DNA of 58,945 nucleotides from an uncultured Candidatus Cloacimonadota bacterium (GCA_964457455.1 CAYWJN010000004.1:1-58945); one strand, 5' to 3'. Counted from the stretch's first letter, positions 37,637 through 47,575 are shown. Program-made: numbers and translations. Notes: generated by a model not told the origin, from the letters alone.

Positions 37637-38938
37637 ATGAAATCGAATAGTTTTGGCAGATATTTTGGAATCACAACTTTTGGCGAAAGTCACGGACCAG
37701 CGATCGGAGTTGTTATCGAGGATGTTAAATCCGGAATTGAGTTTCCATTAGACGAAATCCAAGAAGCCCTCGATTCCAGGAAACCAGGAAAAAGACAATT
37801 CACATCCTCTCGCAAAGAAGAAGATAAAATCGTAGTTCTTTCCGGTGTTTTTGAAGGTAAAACCACCGGAATGCCAATCTGTTTGGTGGTTTATAATAAA
37901 GATGCTCGCTCGGAAGATTACGAACATTTGAAGAATCTTTTCCGTCCGGGACATGCAGATTACACATATTTCAGGAAATTCAAAATTTATGATTATCGTG
38001 GTGGAGGAAGAGCTTCTGGAAGGGAAACAATTTCCAGAGTTGCAGCATCCGGTTTAGTCGAAGATTTAATAAAAAATATTAATATCAATTGTTATCCAGT
38101 ACAAATTGGGAAATTTATCTTAAAAAACCATGACCTGAATTTTCAGAATGATCTTTATTGGCCTGATAAAACAAACTTCGAAGAACTGCAAAATTACTTA
38201 GATTCTATTCAAAAAAAAGGAAATTCTGTGGGAGGAATCGTGGAAGTTCAAATCGAAAATCTTCCTGCTGGTTTAGGAAATCCGATTTTTGAAAAGCTCG
38301 ATGCAAATCTTACCAAAGCAATACTTTCCATTGGCTCTGTAAAGGGAATCGAATTCGGAGATGGATTCAACCTGGCAAATCTTAAGGGCAGCGAAGCCAA
38401 CGATCAAATCAATAAAAATGGTTTTTTGAGCAATCATTCCGGTGGGATTTTAGGTGGAATCAGTACAGGACAAAATCTCATTTTTAGATTTGTTGTTAAG
38501 CCAACTTCTTCGATTAACATTCCGCAAAAAACCATCACAAAAAACGGAAAGGAAGTTTCTTTCATATCAAAAGGACGTCACGATACCTGCATAATTCCAA
38601 GGATAATTCCAGTGGCAAAAGCAATGGTGAAATTAGTGCTTGCTGATGCTATCAGTTATCAGAAGCTCATTGAAAATCAATATCTTAATTTGATGGATTA
38701 TCGCGAAGCAATCGATAAAATTGATGAGGATATTTTAATTGCTCTATGCAGAAGAAAAGAAATTTCCGAATTAATCGGGAAATTCAAAGAAGAAAAAAAT
38801 ATCGAAATTGAGGATTATGAACGAGAAAAAGAGCTTTTAAACAATCTTAAAGAAAAAGCCAAAATCTGGAATCTTAAGAAAGATTTTGTTGAAAAAATCT
38901 GGAAAATGATAATAACTGAAAGTAAGAAAAATCAATGA
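37637..38938 (+). CDS. aroC: Chorismate synthase fused to C-terminal AroQ-type chorismate mutase
   Basis: TTFGESHG, FRPGHAD, GGGRASGRET, NHSGGILGGISTG, GRHDTC, then LMDYREAIDKIDEDILIALCRRKEISELIGKFK...ES. ATG 37637 preferred. Confidence 0.93.
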   Translation: MKSNSFGRYFGITTFGESHGPAIGVVIEDVKSGIEFPLDEIQEALDSRKPGKRQFTSSRKEEDKIVVLSGVFEGKTTGMPICLVVYNKDARSEDYEHLKNLFRPGHADYTYFRKFKIYDYRGGGRASGRETISRVAASGLVEDLIKNININCYPVQIGKFILKNHDLNFQNDLYWPDKTNFEELQNYLDSIQKKGNSVGGIVEVQIENLPAGLGNPIFEKLDANLTKAILSIGSVKGIEFGDGFNLANLKGSEANDQINKNGFLSNHSGGILGGISTGQNLIFRFVVKPTSSINIPQKTITKNGKEVSFISKGRHDTCIIPRIIPVAKAMVKLVLADAISYQKLIENQYLNLMDYREAIDKIDEDILIALCRRKEISELIGKFKEEKNIEIEDYEREKELLNNLKEKAKIWNLKKDFVEKIWKMIITESKKNQ

Positions 38939-40317
38939 TTATTTTATCAATTCCTTTTTTAAACAAAGAATTTATTACAAAGCAAGTTGCTGAATACCGA
39001 GACGAATTTGAATGGCTGGAATTCAGGTTGGATTTTCATTCTGATTTTGAAAAATTTCCTCAAAATTTAATTAATCAAAAAACCATCATTACAATTCGAG
39101 ATGCTTCTGAAGGTGGAAAATGTCCATCAAGCTTTTCCAATAAAATCTCATTTTATAAGGAAATCATCTCAAAATATAATTGTCTTATAGATTGTGAAAT
39201 TGAACTCTACAAAAGGCAATTTTTACTGACATCAAATCTCATTCTCTCTTATCATGATTTTGCTGAAAAAATTAATTATAAAAAGTTGGAGTATTTCATT
39301 AGTCTCTCAAATTCTATCCCTTCTAAATTTCTTAAAATTGCTGTAAACATTAATAATTATTCAGATTTATTAAAATTAAAATTATTTATTTCTGGTTCAC
39401 ACAAACCGGTTCTATTGGTTGGTATGGAAAAGCTGGGAAAAATCTCGCGTTTGTTGTATCCATTTTCAGGTTCAATCGGAACTTATGTGGGTTTGCCTGA
39501 ATTCCCCACTGCAAAAGGACAAATAACAATCGCTGAATCTGAAAAATTCAGTTTGAAGAATACCAATAAAAACACAAAGGTCGGAGGAATAATCGGAGGA
39601 AAACAGGTTGAAAAATCTCTGGGTTTGGAATTTTATAATCAATATTTCAGAAAAAATAATCTCAATGCAGTTTATCTTCCTTTTGTTGTAGAAGATTTTA
39701 ATGACTTTTGGGACTGGTTTGAAAGTTCAAAAAAAGAATGCAAATTTTACGGACTTACATTTACAATGCCATTCAAAACAAAAATTGCAGAAAAATTACA
39801 ATCTCAACTCCCTACTGCAAATCTCTATCTTCCAACAAAAAATGAACTATTTAATACAGATGCGATTGCGTTTCAAAAATCCATCCAATATCTGAAAATA
39901 AAAAGTAAAGATAAAATCCTGATTTATGGAAGCGGTTCAACTGCAGAAACTGCTCTTTTCTCTATTAACAAATTTAATAATATCACGATTTCAGGTCGGA
40001 ATATGAAGGTTGGCAAATTGCTTGCTGCCAAATACAATAAACAATTCATTCCTTTGCAAGATGCTGTAAATCTTACTTTTGATTTGATAATTAACTGCAC
40101 TCCAATTGGAATGAATAACGAGAATTTCTTTGAATCTACAAATCTTCAATTTCCTGCGAAAATCATTGACTTGCCATACTCCGATAAAAAAACTCCTCTT
40201 ATTCAAAAATGTGAGCAAGAAAAAATTCCATTTGTAGATGGAAAAATGTTTTGGAAATGGCAGGCAAAAACTCAGTTAGAAAAATTTCTCGAGATTATTA
40301 AAAAGGAAGAATCATGA
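38935..40317 (+). CDS. Bifunctional type I 3-dehydroquinate dehydratase / shikimate dehydrogenase
   Basis: EWLEFRLD, ILSYHDF, FLKIAV, KLGKISRL (AroD); then TMPFK, NTDA, IYGSGSTA, INCTPIGM, DG...WQA (AroE). Confidence 0.88.
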   Translation: MIILSIPFLNKEFITKQVAEYRDEFEWLEFRLDFHSDFEKFPQNLINQKTIITIRDASEGGKCPSSFSNKISFYKEIISKYNCLIDCEIELYKRQFLLTSNLILSYHDFAEKINYKKLEYFISLSNSIPSKFLKIAVNINNYSDLLKLKLFISGSHKPVLLVGMEKLGKISRLLYPFSGSIGTYVGLPEFPTAKGQITIAESEKFSLKNTNKNTKVGGIIGGKQVEKSLGLEFYNQYFRKNNLNAVYLPFVVEDFNDFWDWFESSKKECKFYGLTFTMPFKTKIAEKLQSQLPTANLYLPTKNELFNTDAIAFQKSIQYLKIKSKDKILIYGSGSTAETALFSINKFNNITISGRNMKVGKLLAAKYNKQFIPLQDAVNLTFDLIINCTPIGMNNENFFESTNLQFPAKIIDLPYSDKKTPLIQKCEQEKIPFVDGKMFWKWQAKTQLEKFLEIIKKEES

Positions 40318-41867
40318 AAAAAATATTACTTTTTTTATGTATTACGCTAATAATATTCTCATGCATAAAAGCACCTTATTCCGATAGCGTTTCACAAACT
40401 TTAAAAGATGCAGGAAAAAACAAAAAAGAAATTAAAAAAGCGATCTCCTATTTTCAAGCAAAAGGCGATTCATTACAATTGGATGCACTCTATTTCATTT
40501 TAGAAAATCTGAAAAATCATTGTTACGTGGAATTCGCTCTTTACGATTCCAACAAAGTGGAAATTCCCTTTAATATTCTGGATTATAAAAATTATGATGA
40601 AATGATTCCTGCACTCGATAGTTTGGAAGAAAAAAATGGTGAATTGAATTGGAAACGAAAAAATAAATTCCAGGATATCGAAACTATCACAGCGGAATTT
40701 ATAATCGAGAATATTGAACTGGCATTCAAAGCCTGGCAGCAAAAACCCTGGGCAAAAGATTTTTCTTATGATGAATTTCGAGAATACATTTTGCCTTATC
40801 GGGGAAGCAGTGAACCGCTGGAAAGCTGGCGTCTGTTTTTCCTGGAAAGATATGAAAATCTATCTGAAGAAATGAACGATCCAACCGACCCGATCGAAGC
40901 AGCCAGATTGATAAATGAGGATGTGAAAAGTTTGTTCGGTTTCGATTCCAGATTTTATTGTCATCCTACAGATCAGGGATTATCTGAAATGCTGAAAAAT
41001 GAACTTGGTCGCTGCGAAGATATGACAAATTTCACGATTTATGCGCTGCGAGCAAATGCTCTTCCCATAACCAGTGATTACACTCCTCATTGGGCAGACA
41101 CGGGAAATAATCATGCCTGGAATACAATCATCATTCCAGGAGGAAAAGCTGTTCCATTTATGGGAGCAGAAGCAAATCCGGGTGATTACAATTTACATCA
41201 TAAACTTGCAAAAGCTTATCGAAAAACATTTTCCGAACAGATAGAGAATCTTGCTTTCAAACTTAATGAAGGAGAAAAAGCTCCTCCCTGGCTTGCCGGT
41301 AAAAATTATCGAGATGTGACTTTAACCTACACAGAAATTTCGGATGTAACTTTAAAGCTCACTTACGAAATTCCTGATAGTACAAGATTTGCTTATCTTT
41401 GCGTTTTCAATGCTGGTGAATGGAGAGCTATCCATTGGAGTGAAATTGATTCACAAAATAATGTTATATTTGATAAAATGGGTGTTGATATTGCATACCT
41501 TCCCATGTTTTATAAGAATAAAGAGCTCATTCCAGCAGGTTATGTTTTCATTCTGGAAAATGATGGAACTCTAAGAAAAATATATAAAAGTGAAACAACT
41601 CAAAATCTCAAATTAATCTCAGTTACAAAAAAGATTATCAAACAAGCGACTGAAAATAAAGAAATTATTTTCTTAGATGAAGATGCTGAATATGAACTTT
41701 TATATTGGAATGATGAATGGATATCTTTAGGAGAAAAAACCTGTACTGACGAACCATTAATATTTGAAGAGGTTCCTTCGAACTGTTTGTATTGGCTTGT
41801 TAAGAAAGATTCAAGAAAAGAAGAACGAATTTTTACTTATGAGAATGGAAAACAGGTTTGGTGGTAA
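40314..41867 (+). CDS. Transglutaminase-like lipoprotein
   Basis: Lipobox IIFSC; YILPYR, GRCEDMT (Cys) and GNNHAWN (His); ATGA overlap with the upstream gene. Confidence 0.8.
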   Translation: MKKILLFLCITLIIFSCIKAPYSDSVSQTLKDAGKNKKEIKKAISYFQAKGDSLQLDALYFILENLKNHCYVEFALYDSNKVEIPFNILDYKNYDEMIPALDSLEEKNGELNWKRKNKFQDIETITAEFIIENIELAFKAWQQKPWAKDFSYDEFREYILPYRGSSEPLESWRLFFLERYENLSEEMNDPTDPIEAARLINEDVKSLFGFDSRFYCHPTDQGLSEMLKNELGRCEDMTNFTIYALRANALPITSDYTPHWADTGNNHAWNTIIIPGGKAVPFMGAEANPGDYNLHHKLAKAYRKTFSEQIENLAFKLNEGEKAPPWLAGKNYRDVTLTYTEISDVTLKLTYEIPDSTRFAYLCVFNAGEWRAIHWSEIDSQNNVIFDKMGVDIAYLPMFYKNKELIPAGYVFILENDGTLRKIYKSETTQNLKLISVTKKIIKQATENKEIIFLDEDAEYELLYWNDEWISLGEKTCTDEPLIFEEVPSNCLYWLVKKDSRKEERIFTYENGKQVWW

Positions 41868-41872
41868 GTAGT

Positions 41873-41993
41873 TCGAGTCGTAAGGAATGAAAAGACGACG
41901 ACTCGAGATAGAAAAGAAACAACAAATTATTTTGACTCAATGTGCATTTCGAGTCGACAAATTTTCCGTGTAATTAGTGTAATTCGTGGATAG
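41873..41993. repeat. Intergenic hairpin plus tccgtg-type repeats
   Basis: tcgagtcgt (41873-41881) and acgactcga (41898-41906); ttccgtgtaattagtgtaattcgtggatag (41964-41993). Confidence 0.5.
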
Positions 41994-42012
41994 AAAAGAA
42001 AAAGGAGAAGTT

Positions 42013-43359
42013 ATGAATCCTGTTGAGATCATCATCAAAAAGAGGGAAGGTAAAGAGCTTGCCAAAGATGATATACGGTTTTTCATTGAATCATATTTGA
42101 AAAATGAAATTCCAGAATACCAGATGTCAGCATTATTGATGGCAATTTATTTCAGTAATATGAATCCTGAAGAGATTCAAACACTAACTGAGATTTATAT
42201 CGATTCCGGTAAAAGAATCTCATTTCCAGATGAGATGAAAACAGTAGATAAACATTCCACAGGTGGAGTTGGTGACAAAGTTAGTTTGGTTCTCGCTCCG
42301 ATTGTTGCAGCTTGTGGTTGTAAAGTTCCAATGATTTCCGGTAAAGGATTGGGACATACCGGTGGAACTTTAGATAAACTTGAATCAATTCCCGGATTTC
42401 GCATAAATCTATCTGAAAAAGAATTCAAAGAAATTGTGAAAGAAGTTGGTTTCAGCATAATTAGCCAATCGGATGAATTGGTTCCAGCAGATCGCAGAAT
42501 TTATGCGCTTCGTGATGTAACCGGAACAGTTGATAGTTTACCCCTCATTACTGCGAGCATTATGAGCAAGAAAATTGCTGAAGGAGCAAAAAATCTCGTT
42601 ATTGACCTAAAAGTTGGAACCGGAGCTTTCATCAAAAAAATGGAAAAAGCTGAGAAGCTTGGACAATTACTTATGCAAACAGGAAAAAATCTGGGTCAAA
42701 AGGTTTCTGTGGTTTTTTCTAATATGAATTCTCCTCTCGGAGAATATGTGGGAAATGCTCTTGAAATCAAAGAGTGTATTGAATATTTAAACGGAAAACA
42801 AATACACGATATCCATCTTATAACCAAGACTTTAGCAGTAGAAATGCTTTTACTTTCCAGGATAGCAAAAGATCGAAATAATGCAAATGAAATGATAAAA
42901 AATGTTCTCGAAAATGGTTCAGCCCTCGAATGTTTCAAGAGATTCATTCAAGCTCAAAAAGGTGATTCTAGGATTTGCGAAGATACTTCTTTGCTTCCGC
43001 AGGCAAAATTTCAAATCCCAATTATTTCCGATAAAAGAGGTTGGATAAAATCTATCAATACCCAAAAAATCGGGTATGCTTTGATCGATATCGGTGCAGG
43101 TCGAAAAACGATTGATTCTAAATTGAATTACGCAGCAGGTGCTTATCTTCCCAAGAAAATCGGAGACTTTGTTGAACAGAATTCTGAGATAGGAAAAGTA
43201 TTTTGTGATGATGAAAAAATTGGAAAATCAGTTGTTCAAAAAATACTTAAGAGTTATTCATTTTCTGCATCAAAATCTGAATTTGATGAGAAATATTTCA
43301 GAGAGATGGAACTGATTTATGGTTTATCCAAGAACCTTGAAAATGGTTTACCTACATAA
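42013..43359 (+). CDS. pdp: Pyrimidine-nucleoside (thymidine) phosphorylase
   Basis: YQMSALLMAIY, VDKHSTGGVGDK, SGKGLGHTGGTLDKLESIPG, SIMSKKIA, DLKVGTGAF; AGGAG RBS before ATG 42013. Confidence 0.95.
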   Translation: MNPVEIIIKKREGKELAKDDIRFFIESYLKNEIPEYQMSALLMAIYFSNMNPEEIQTLTEIYIDSGKRISFPDEMKTVDKHSTGGVGDKVSLVLAPIVAACGCKVPMISGKGLGHTGGTLDKLESIPGFRINLSEKEFKEIVKEVGFSIISQSDELVPADRRIYALRDVTGTVDSLPLITASIMSKKIAEGAKNLVIDLKVGTGAFIKKMEKAEKLGQLLMQTGKNLGQKVSVVFSNMNSPLGEYVGNALEIKECIEYLNGKQIHDIHLITKTLAVEMLLLSRIAKDRNNANEMIKNVLENGSALECFKRFIQAQKGDSRICEDTSLLPQAKFQIPIISDKRGWIKSINTQKIGYALIDIGAGRKTIDSKLNYAAGAYLPKKIGDFVEQNSEIGKVFCDDEKIGKSVVQKILKSYSFSASKSEFDEKYFREMELIYGLSKNLENGLPT

Positions 43360-43485
43360 GGAACTCTCTCTAGTAGACCTTTTCAATGGTTAGTTCAAAG
43401 AACACATTTTCACCGTTCCGAAGGTCTGAAAGAAATAATGAAAGAGTTGACCGTTCAGAATGTAGGATGGAACCTTTTCAAAGTG
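43333..43485. repeat. Array of five 16-bp REP-like palindromes
   Basis: aaccttgaaaatggtt (43333), gaccttttcaatggtt (43376), caccgttccgaaggtc (43411), gaccgttcagaatg (43449), aaccttttcaaagt (43471). Confidence 0.65.
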
Positions 43486-43661
43486 AATAAAACAGATATG
43501 ATTTGGTTATTTTGCTTCTTTTTTTTCTTCGTGTCCATTCGTGACCTCCGTGGCTGATCAGTTCCAAAAATCTTGACACATAAAACATTGAAAATAGATT
43601 GACTTTTGATTTAATAAAATAAAGTTAATTTATTCATTTAAAAGGAGTTAAGGGAAGCATT

Positions 43662-43841
43662 ATGGCAGTTCCAAAAAGAAAGGTCTCAAAATCTCGCAGA
43701 GATAAAAGAAGAACACATTATAAAGCTGAAATGCCTACAATAGCTGTTTGCTCAAATTGTGGTGAACCGGTTAAACCGCACAATATTTGTGCGAAATGCG
43801 GATATTATAACGGACGAAAAATTAAGGAAATTAACGAGTAG
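43662..43841 (+). CDS. rpmF: 50S ribosomal protein L32 (Zn-ribbon type), not in the ORF track
   Basis: MAVPKRKVSKSRRDKRRTH...CSNCG...CAKCGYY; 59 aa. Confidence 0.97.
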   Translation: MAVPKRKVSKSRRDKRRTHYKAEMPTIAVCSNCGEPVKPHNICAKCGYYNGRKIKEINE

Positions 43842-43867
43842 AATTCCTATATCAGGAATAATATTTT

Positions 43868-44863
43868 ATGCGTATTGCTTTAGATGGTTTTGGTAGTGAT
43901 AATGCACCTTTCCCGGAAGTGGAAGGTGCAATTCTTGCAATTAAGGAAAACCTTTGTGAAAAAGTTTTTCTGGTTGGCAAAGAAAATATCCTGAAAAAAG
44001 AACTGGAAAAATTCTTCTATGAAAAAAAACGCATCGAAATAGTTCACGCTCCTGAAGTTATCACAATGGAGGATCCTCCCTCCAGCGTTGCCAAACAAAA
44101 ACGTAGTTCTTCCATTGTAAAAGCAGTTGCTTTACAAAAAAATGGCTTAGCAGACGGATTGGTAAGTGCCGGCAATACAGGAGCTGTGATGGCAGCTTCT
44201 CTTTTGGGTTATGGAAGAATAAAAAATATTCTGAGACCGGCAATTGCAATGACTTTACCAACAAAAAAGAAACCAACCATCATTCTTGATGTAGGAGCAA
44301 ATGTAGATTGTTCATCAGAAAATCTTGTTCAATTTGCCAAACTCGGCAGCTTATATGCTCGGTTTTTTTTTAAGAATGAAAACCCCAGAGTCGCTTTGTT
44401 AAATATCGGTGAGGAAAGTGCAAAAGGTAACGAACTTGTAAAAAAAGCTTTTTCTAAATTATCAAAATATACTGATGTCAATTTTGTAGGTAATATCGAA
44501 GGCGAAGGGATATTGAGTGGCAAATTCGAAGTTATTGTATGCGATGGATTTGTGGGAAACGTAATGTTGAAAACTGTTGAGGGCGTTGCCTTTGCAATTT
44601 TTGATATGATGAAAGAACAGATGAAAAAAGACTGGGTGGCAAAAATTGGAGCTCTTCTTTCTTATCCTGTTTATTCCTATCTGAAGAAAAAAATGGATCA
44701 TACGGAATATGGTGGAGCTTTGCTTGTCGGCTTAAATGGAATTTCTGTTATTTCTCATGGCAGAGCAAATGCAAAAGCAATTAAGAATGCCATAAGATTT
44801 GCAGTAAATATTGCAGAATCAGGTTTTATTGAGCACACCAAAAAATATTATGAGAGGTTGTAA
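43868..44863 (+). CDS. plsX: Phosphate acyltransferase PlsX
   Basis: MRIALDGFGSDNAP, VSAGNTGA, LDVGANVD, LLNIGEE, CDGFVGNVMLK, YGGALLVGLNG..VISHG. Confidence 0.97.
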   Translation: MRIALDGFGSDNAPFPEVEGAILAIKENLCEKVFLVGKENILKKELEKFFYEKKRIEIVHAPEVITMEDPPSSVAKQKRSSSIVKAVALQKNGLADGLVSAGNTGAVMAASLLGYGRIKNILRPAIAMTLPTKKKPTIILDVGANVDCSSENLVQFAKLGSLYARFFFKNENPRVALLNIGEESAKGNELVKKAFSKLSKYTDVNFVGNIEGEGILSGKFEVIVCDGFVGNVMLKTVEGVAFAIFDMMKEQMKKDWVAKIGALLSYPVYSYLKKKMDHTEYGGALLVGLNGISVISHGRANAKAIKNAIRFAVNIAESGFIEHTKKYYERL

Positions 44864-44865
44864 TT

Positions 44866-45861
44866 ATGATAACAAAATATAATGCAAAGATTTCAGGTAC
44901 GGGTCATTTTGTTCCGAAAAAACTTCTTACAAATTTCGACCTTGCAAAAATGGTTGATACTTCCGATGAATGGATACGCACTCGAACCGGGATGTCTGTC
45001 AGGCATGTTGCCAGTAAAGATGAAGCAGCTTCAGATTTAGCACATAATGCCGCTTTAAAATCCCTGGAAGCTGCAGATTTGAAACCCAAAGACCTTGATA
45101 TGATAATCGTGGGCACAATTTCCGGTGATCATGCTTTTCCTTCTACAGCTTGCATACTACAAAAGAAATTAGGATTAAAAAACTTTCCTGCCTTTGATAT
45201 CTCTGCTGGTTGTCCGGGTTGGATTTATGCTGCCAATATTGCCAAACAGTTTGTGGAAAACGGAGTCGCTAAAAATATTCTGGTTATTGGAGTAGAAATC
45301 CTGACAAAAATCACCAATTACAACGATCGTAATACCTGCATTTTATTTGGAGATGGAGCTGGTGCAACTATTATTTCCCGGAAAGAACCTACAGATATTT
45401 CCAGAATTATTGATTCTGAAATTACTGCAGATGGAACTCATAATGAACTTCTCATTCAAGAAGCCGGTGGCTCCAGAATGCCTGCTTGCAAAGAATCTGT
45501 GAAAAAAAATCTGCATACTCTTTATATGGAAGGGAATAAAATATTTAAATTTGCTGTAAAATCAATGTATTCAATGTGTGATATCGTCATGAAAAGAAAC
45601 AACCTGGATGTTACATCCATCGACTGGTTAATTACTCATCAGGCAAATATGAGAATTATAGATGCTCTAGGAAAAAAGATGAAAATCGATACTAATAAGG
45701 TAATTGTTAACATTGAAAAATATGGCAACACATCTTCAGCAACGATACCAATTGCTCTTGATGAAGCGATTCGAGAAGGCAAAATCAGAAAAGGCGACCT
45801 GGTGCTAATGGCTTCTTTCGGTGCTGGATTAACTTCCGGAAGTTTATTAATCAGAATATAA
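44866..45861 (+). CDS. fabH: 3-oxoacyl-ACP synthase III
   Basis: DTSDEWIRTRTG, AFDISAGCPG, LFGDGAGA, HQANMRII, YGNTSSATIP. Confidence 0.97.
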   Translation: MITKYNAKISGTGHFVPKKLLTNFDLAKMVDTSDEWIRTRTGMSVRHVASKDEAASDLAHNAALKSLEAADLKPKDLDMIIVGTISGDHAFPSTACILQKKLGLKNFPAFDISAGCPGWIYAANIAKQFVENGVAKNILVIGVEILTKITNYNDRNTCILFGDGAGATIISRKEPTDISRIIDSEITADGTHNELLIQEAGGSRMPACKESVKKNLHTLYMEGNKIFKFAVKSMYSMCDIVMKRNNLDVTSIDWLITHQANMRIIDALGKKMKIDTNKVIVNIEKYGNTSSATIPIALDEAIREGKIRKGDLVLMASFGAGLTSGSLLIRI

Positions 45862-45874
45862 AAGAGAGGAATTT

Positions 45875-46810
45875 ATGACGAAAATTGCATTTATTTTTCC
45901 CGGTCAGGGTGCTCAGTATATTGGCATGGCAACGGATTTTATAGAACAAAATCCCGAATATGAAACAATTCTGAAAAATTTCGATGAAAAAAATAAAACC
46001 ACTCTTTTCAAAATTATGAAAGAAGGTCCTGAAGAAAAACTGAAAGAAACAAAATTCACACAACCTGCAATTTTATTTCATAGCATAGTTGCCATGAAAA
46101 CTCTTTTAGTAGAAAAAAAGATAAAACCGGATTTTGTAGCAGGTCATTCATTAGGTGAATTTTCCGCACTCGTTGCCAACGGTGTTCTTAGTTTGGAAGA
46201 TGCAATGTATCTTGTTCACAAGCGTGGTGAATTCATGATCAAAGCAAATGAAGGAAAACCTTTTGCTATGGCTGCAATCATCGGACCGAATTCAGAAAAA
46301 GTAAAAGAAGTTTGTCAGCAAGCTTCTAAAGAGGGAATTGTAATTGCTGCAAATTTTAATACTCCGATTCAAACCGTTATTTCAGGTTCAAAAGCAGGAG
46401 TAGAAAAAGCTTGTGAAATCTTAAGAGAAATCGGTGCAAAAAGAGTTGTACCTCTAATTGTGGGCGGTCCATTTCATTCACCTTTGATTGAAAAAGCAAA
46501 AACCTGGCTGGCAGAAGAAATGGAAAATATCAAATTCTATCCAGCTGAAATTCCTGTTATTGCAAATGTGAATGCCGAACCTACAGCCAATCTTCAAGAG
46601 ATAAAAGAAAATCTGGCAAAACAAGTTACTTCTGCTGTTTTATGGGTAGATTCCGTAAACTTTATGATTGAGAACGGAGTGGAACTATTCATTGAATTCG
46701 GTCCCAAAAAAGTTTTAGCTGGTATGATCAAGAAAATAAATCGTGAAGTAAAAGTTCTTAGTATCGATAAAATTGAAGATGTAAAGAAAGTAGCTGAAGA
46801 ATTAAAATAA
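45875..46810 (+). CDS. fabD: Malonyl-CoA:ACP transacylase
   Basis: FIFPGQGAQYIGM, TQPAI, AGHSLGEFSAL, GPFHS. Confidence 0.97.
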   Translation: MTKIAFIFPGQGAQYIGMATDFIEQNPEYETILKNFDEKNKTTLFKIMKEGPEEKLKETKFTQPAILFHSIVAMKTLLVEKKIKPDFVAGHSLGEFSALVANGVLSLEDAMYLVHKRGEFMIKANEGKPFAMAAIIGPNSEKVKEVCQQASKEGIVIAANFNTPIQTVISGSKAGVEKACEILREIGAKRVVPLIVGGPFHSPLIEKAKTWLAEEMENIKFYPAEIPVIANVNAEPTANLQEIKENLAKQVTSAVLWVDSVNFMIENGVELFIEFGPKKVLAGMIKKINREVKVLSIDKIEDVKKVAEELK

Positions 46811-46814
46811 TTTT

Positions 46815-47207
46815 ATGATAAAAGAAGAATTAATTTCATTTTGGATTGAAGGCTCGGATAGAGATTTTGAATCAATGCTTCATATGTTTGGAACAAAGGA
46901 CTATCATTGGGCTTTATATGTTGGTCATCTCGTTATTGAAAAATTACTCAAAGCTTATTATATTAAAAATATTGATACTAATCATCCGTTCATTCACAAT
47001 CTTCTGCGTTTAGCAGAAAAATCAAATTTAGAGATAACCGAAGAACAGAAGAAAATTTTAATTCGGATAACAACTTTTAATTTAAGAGTAAAATATCAAG
47101 ATTATAAAAGAAAATTTTACAAAACCTGTACTAAAGAATTCACAGAAAAGTGGATCGAGGAAATTAAAGGATTTCGACAATGGATAAAAAAGCAGCTATC
47201 GAATTAA
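46815..47207 (+). CDS. HEPN domain protein
   Basis: YHWALYVGHLVIEKLLKAYY...HPFIHNLLRL...RVKYQD. Confidence 0.88.
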   Translation: MIKEELISFWIEGSDRDFESMLHMFGTKDYHWALYVGHLVIEKLLKAYYIKNIDTNHPFIHNLLRLAEKSNLEITEEQKKILIRITTFNLRVKYQDYKRKFYKTCTKEFTEKWIEEIKGFRQWIKKQLSN

Positions 47208-47488
47208 CAAAAGAATATCTCTTATTTTTAAAATCCAAAAAATATCAGATAAAAAATGCTTATTTATTCGGTTCTTATGCACAAGATAGATTTAATGAAG
47301 ATAGCGATATCGACCTGGCAATTATTATGAAAGATTTAGAAAATGATTATGAAATGCAAGTCGAATTAATGATTTTAAGTAGTAGTTTTGATACCAGGAT
47401 AGAGCCACATCCAATCGATGAAAATGACTTTATTTATTCTTATCCTTTTGCCTATGAAATCATGAAAACAGGCATAAAAATTTTATGA
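47180..47488 (+). CDS. Minimal nucleotidyltransferase (MNT)
   Basis: AYLFGSYAQ...DSDIDLAI (GS..DxD) and C-terminal EIMKTGI. Confidence 0.9.
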   Translation: MDKKAAIELTKEYLLFLKSKKYQIKNAYLFGSYAQDRFNEDSDIDLAIIMKDLENDYEMQVELMILSSSFDTRIEPHPIDENDFIYSYPFAYEIMKTGIKIL

Positions 47489-47510
47489 TAATCAGAAAAT
47501 ATTATATTTA

Positions 47511-47575
47511 GACCTTCGGAACGGTCTTATAGTGTTAATCAACCATTGCGAAGGTTTTCAACCATTCGAAAGGTT
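47511..47575. repeat. Three 16-bp REP-like palindromes
   Basis: gaccttcggaacggtc, aaccattgcgaaggtt, aaccattcgaaaggtt, between the MNT gene and fabG. Confidence 0.65.
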
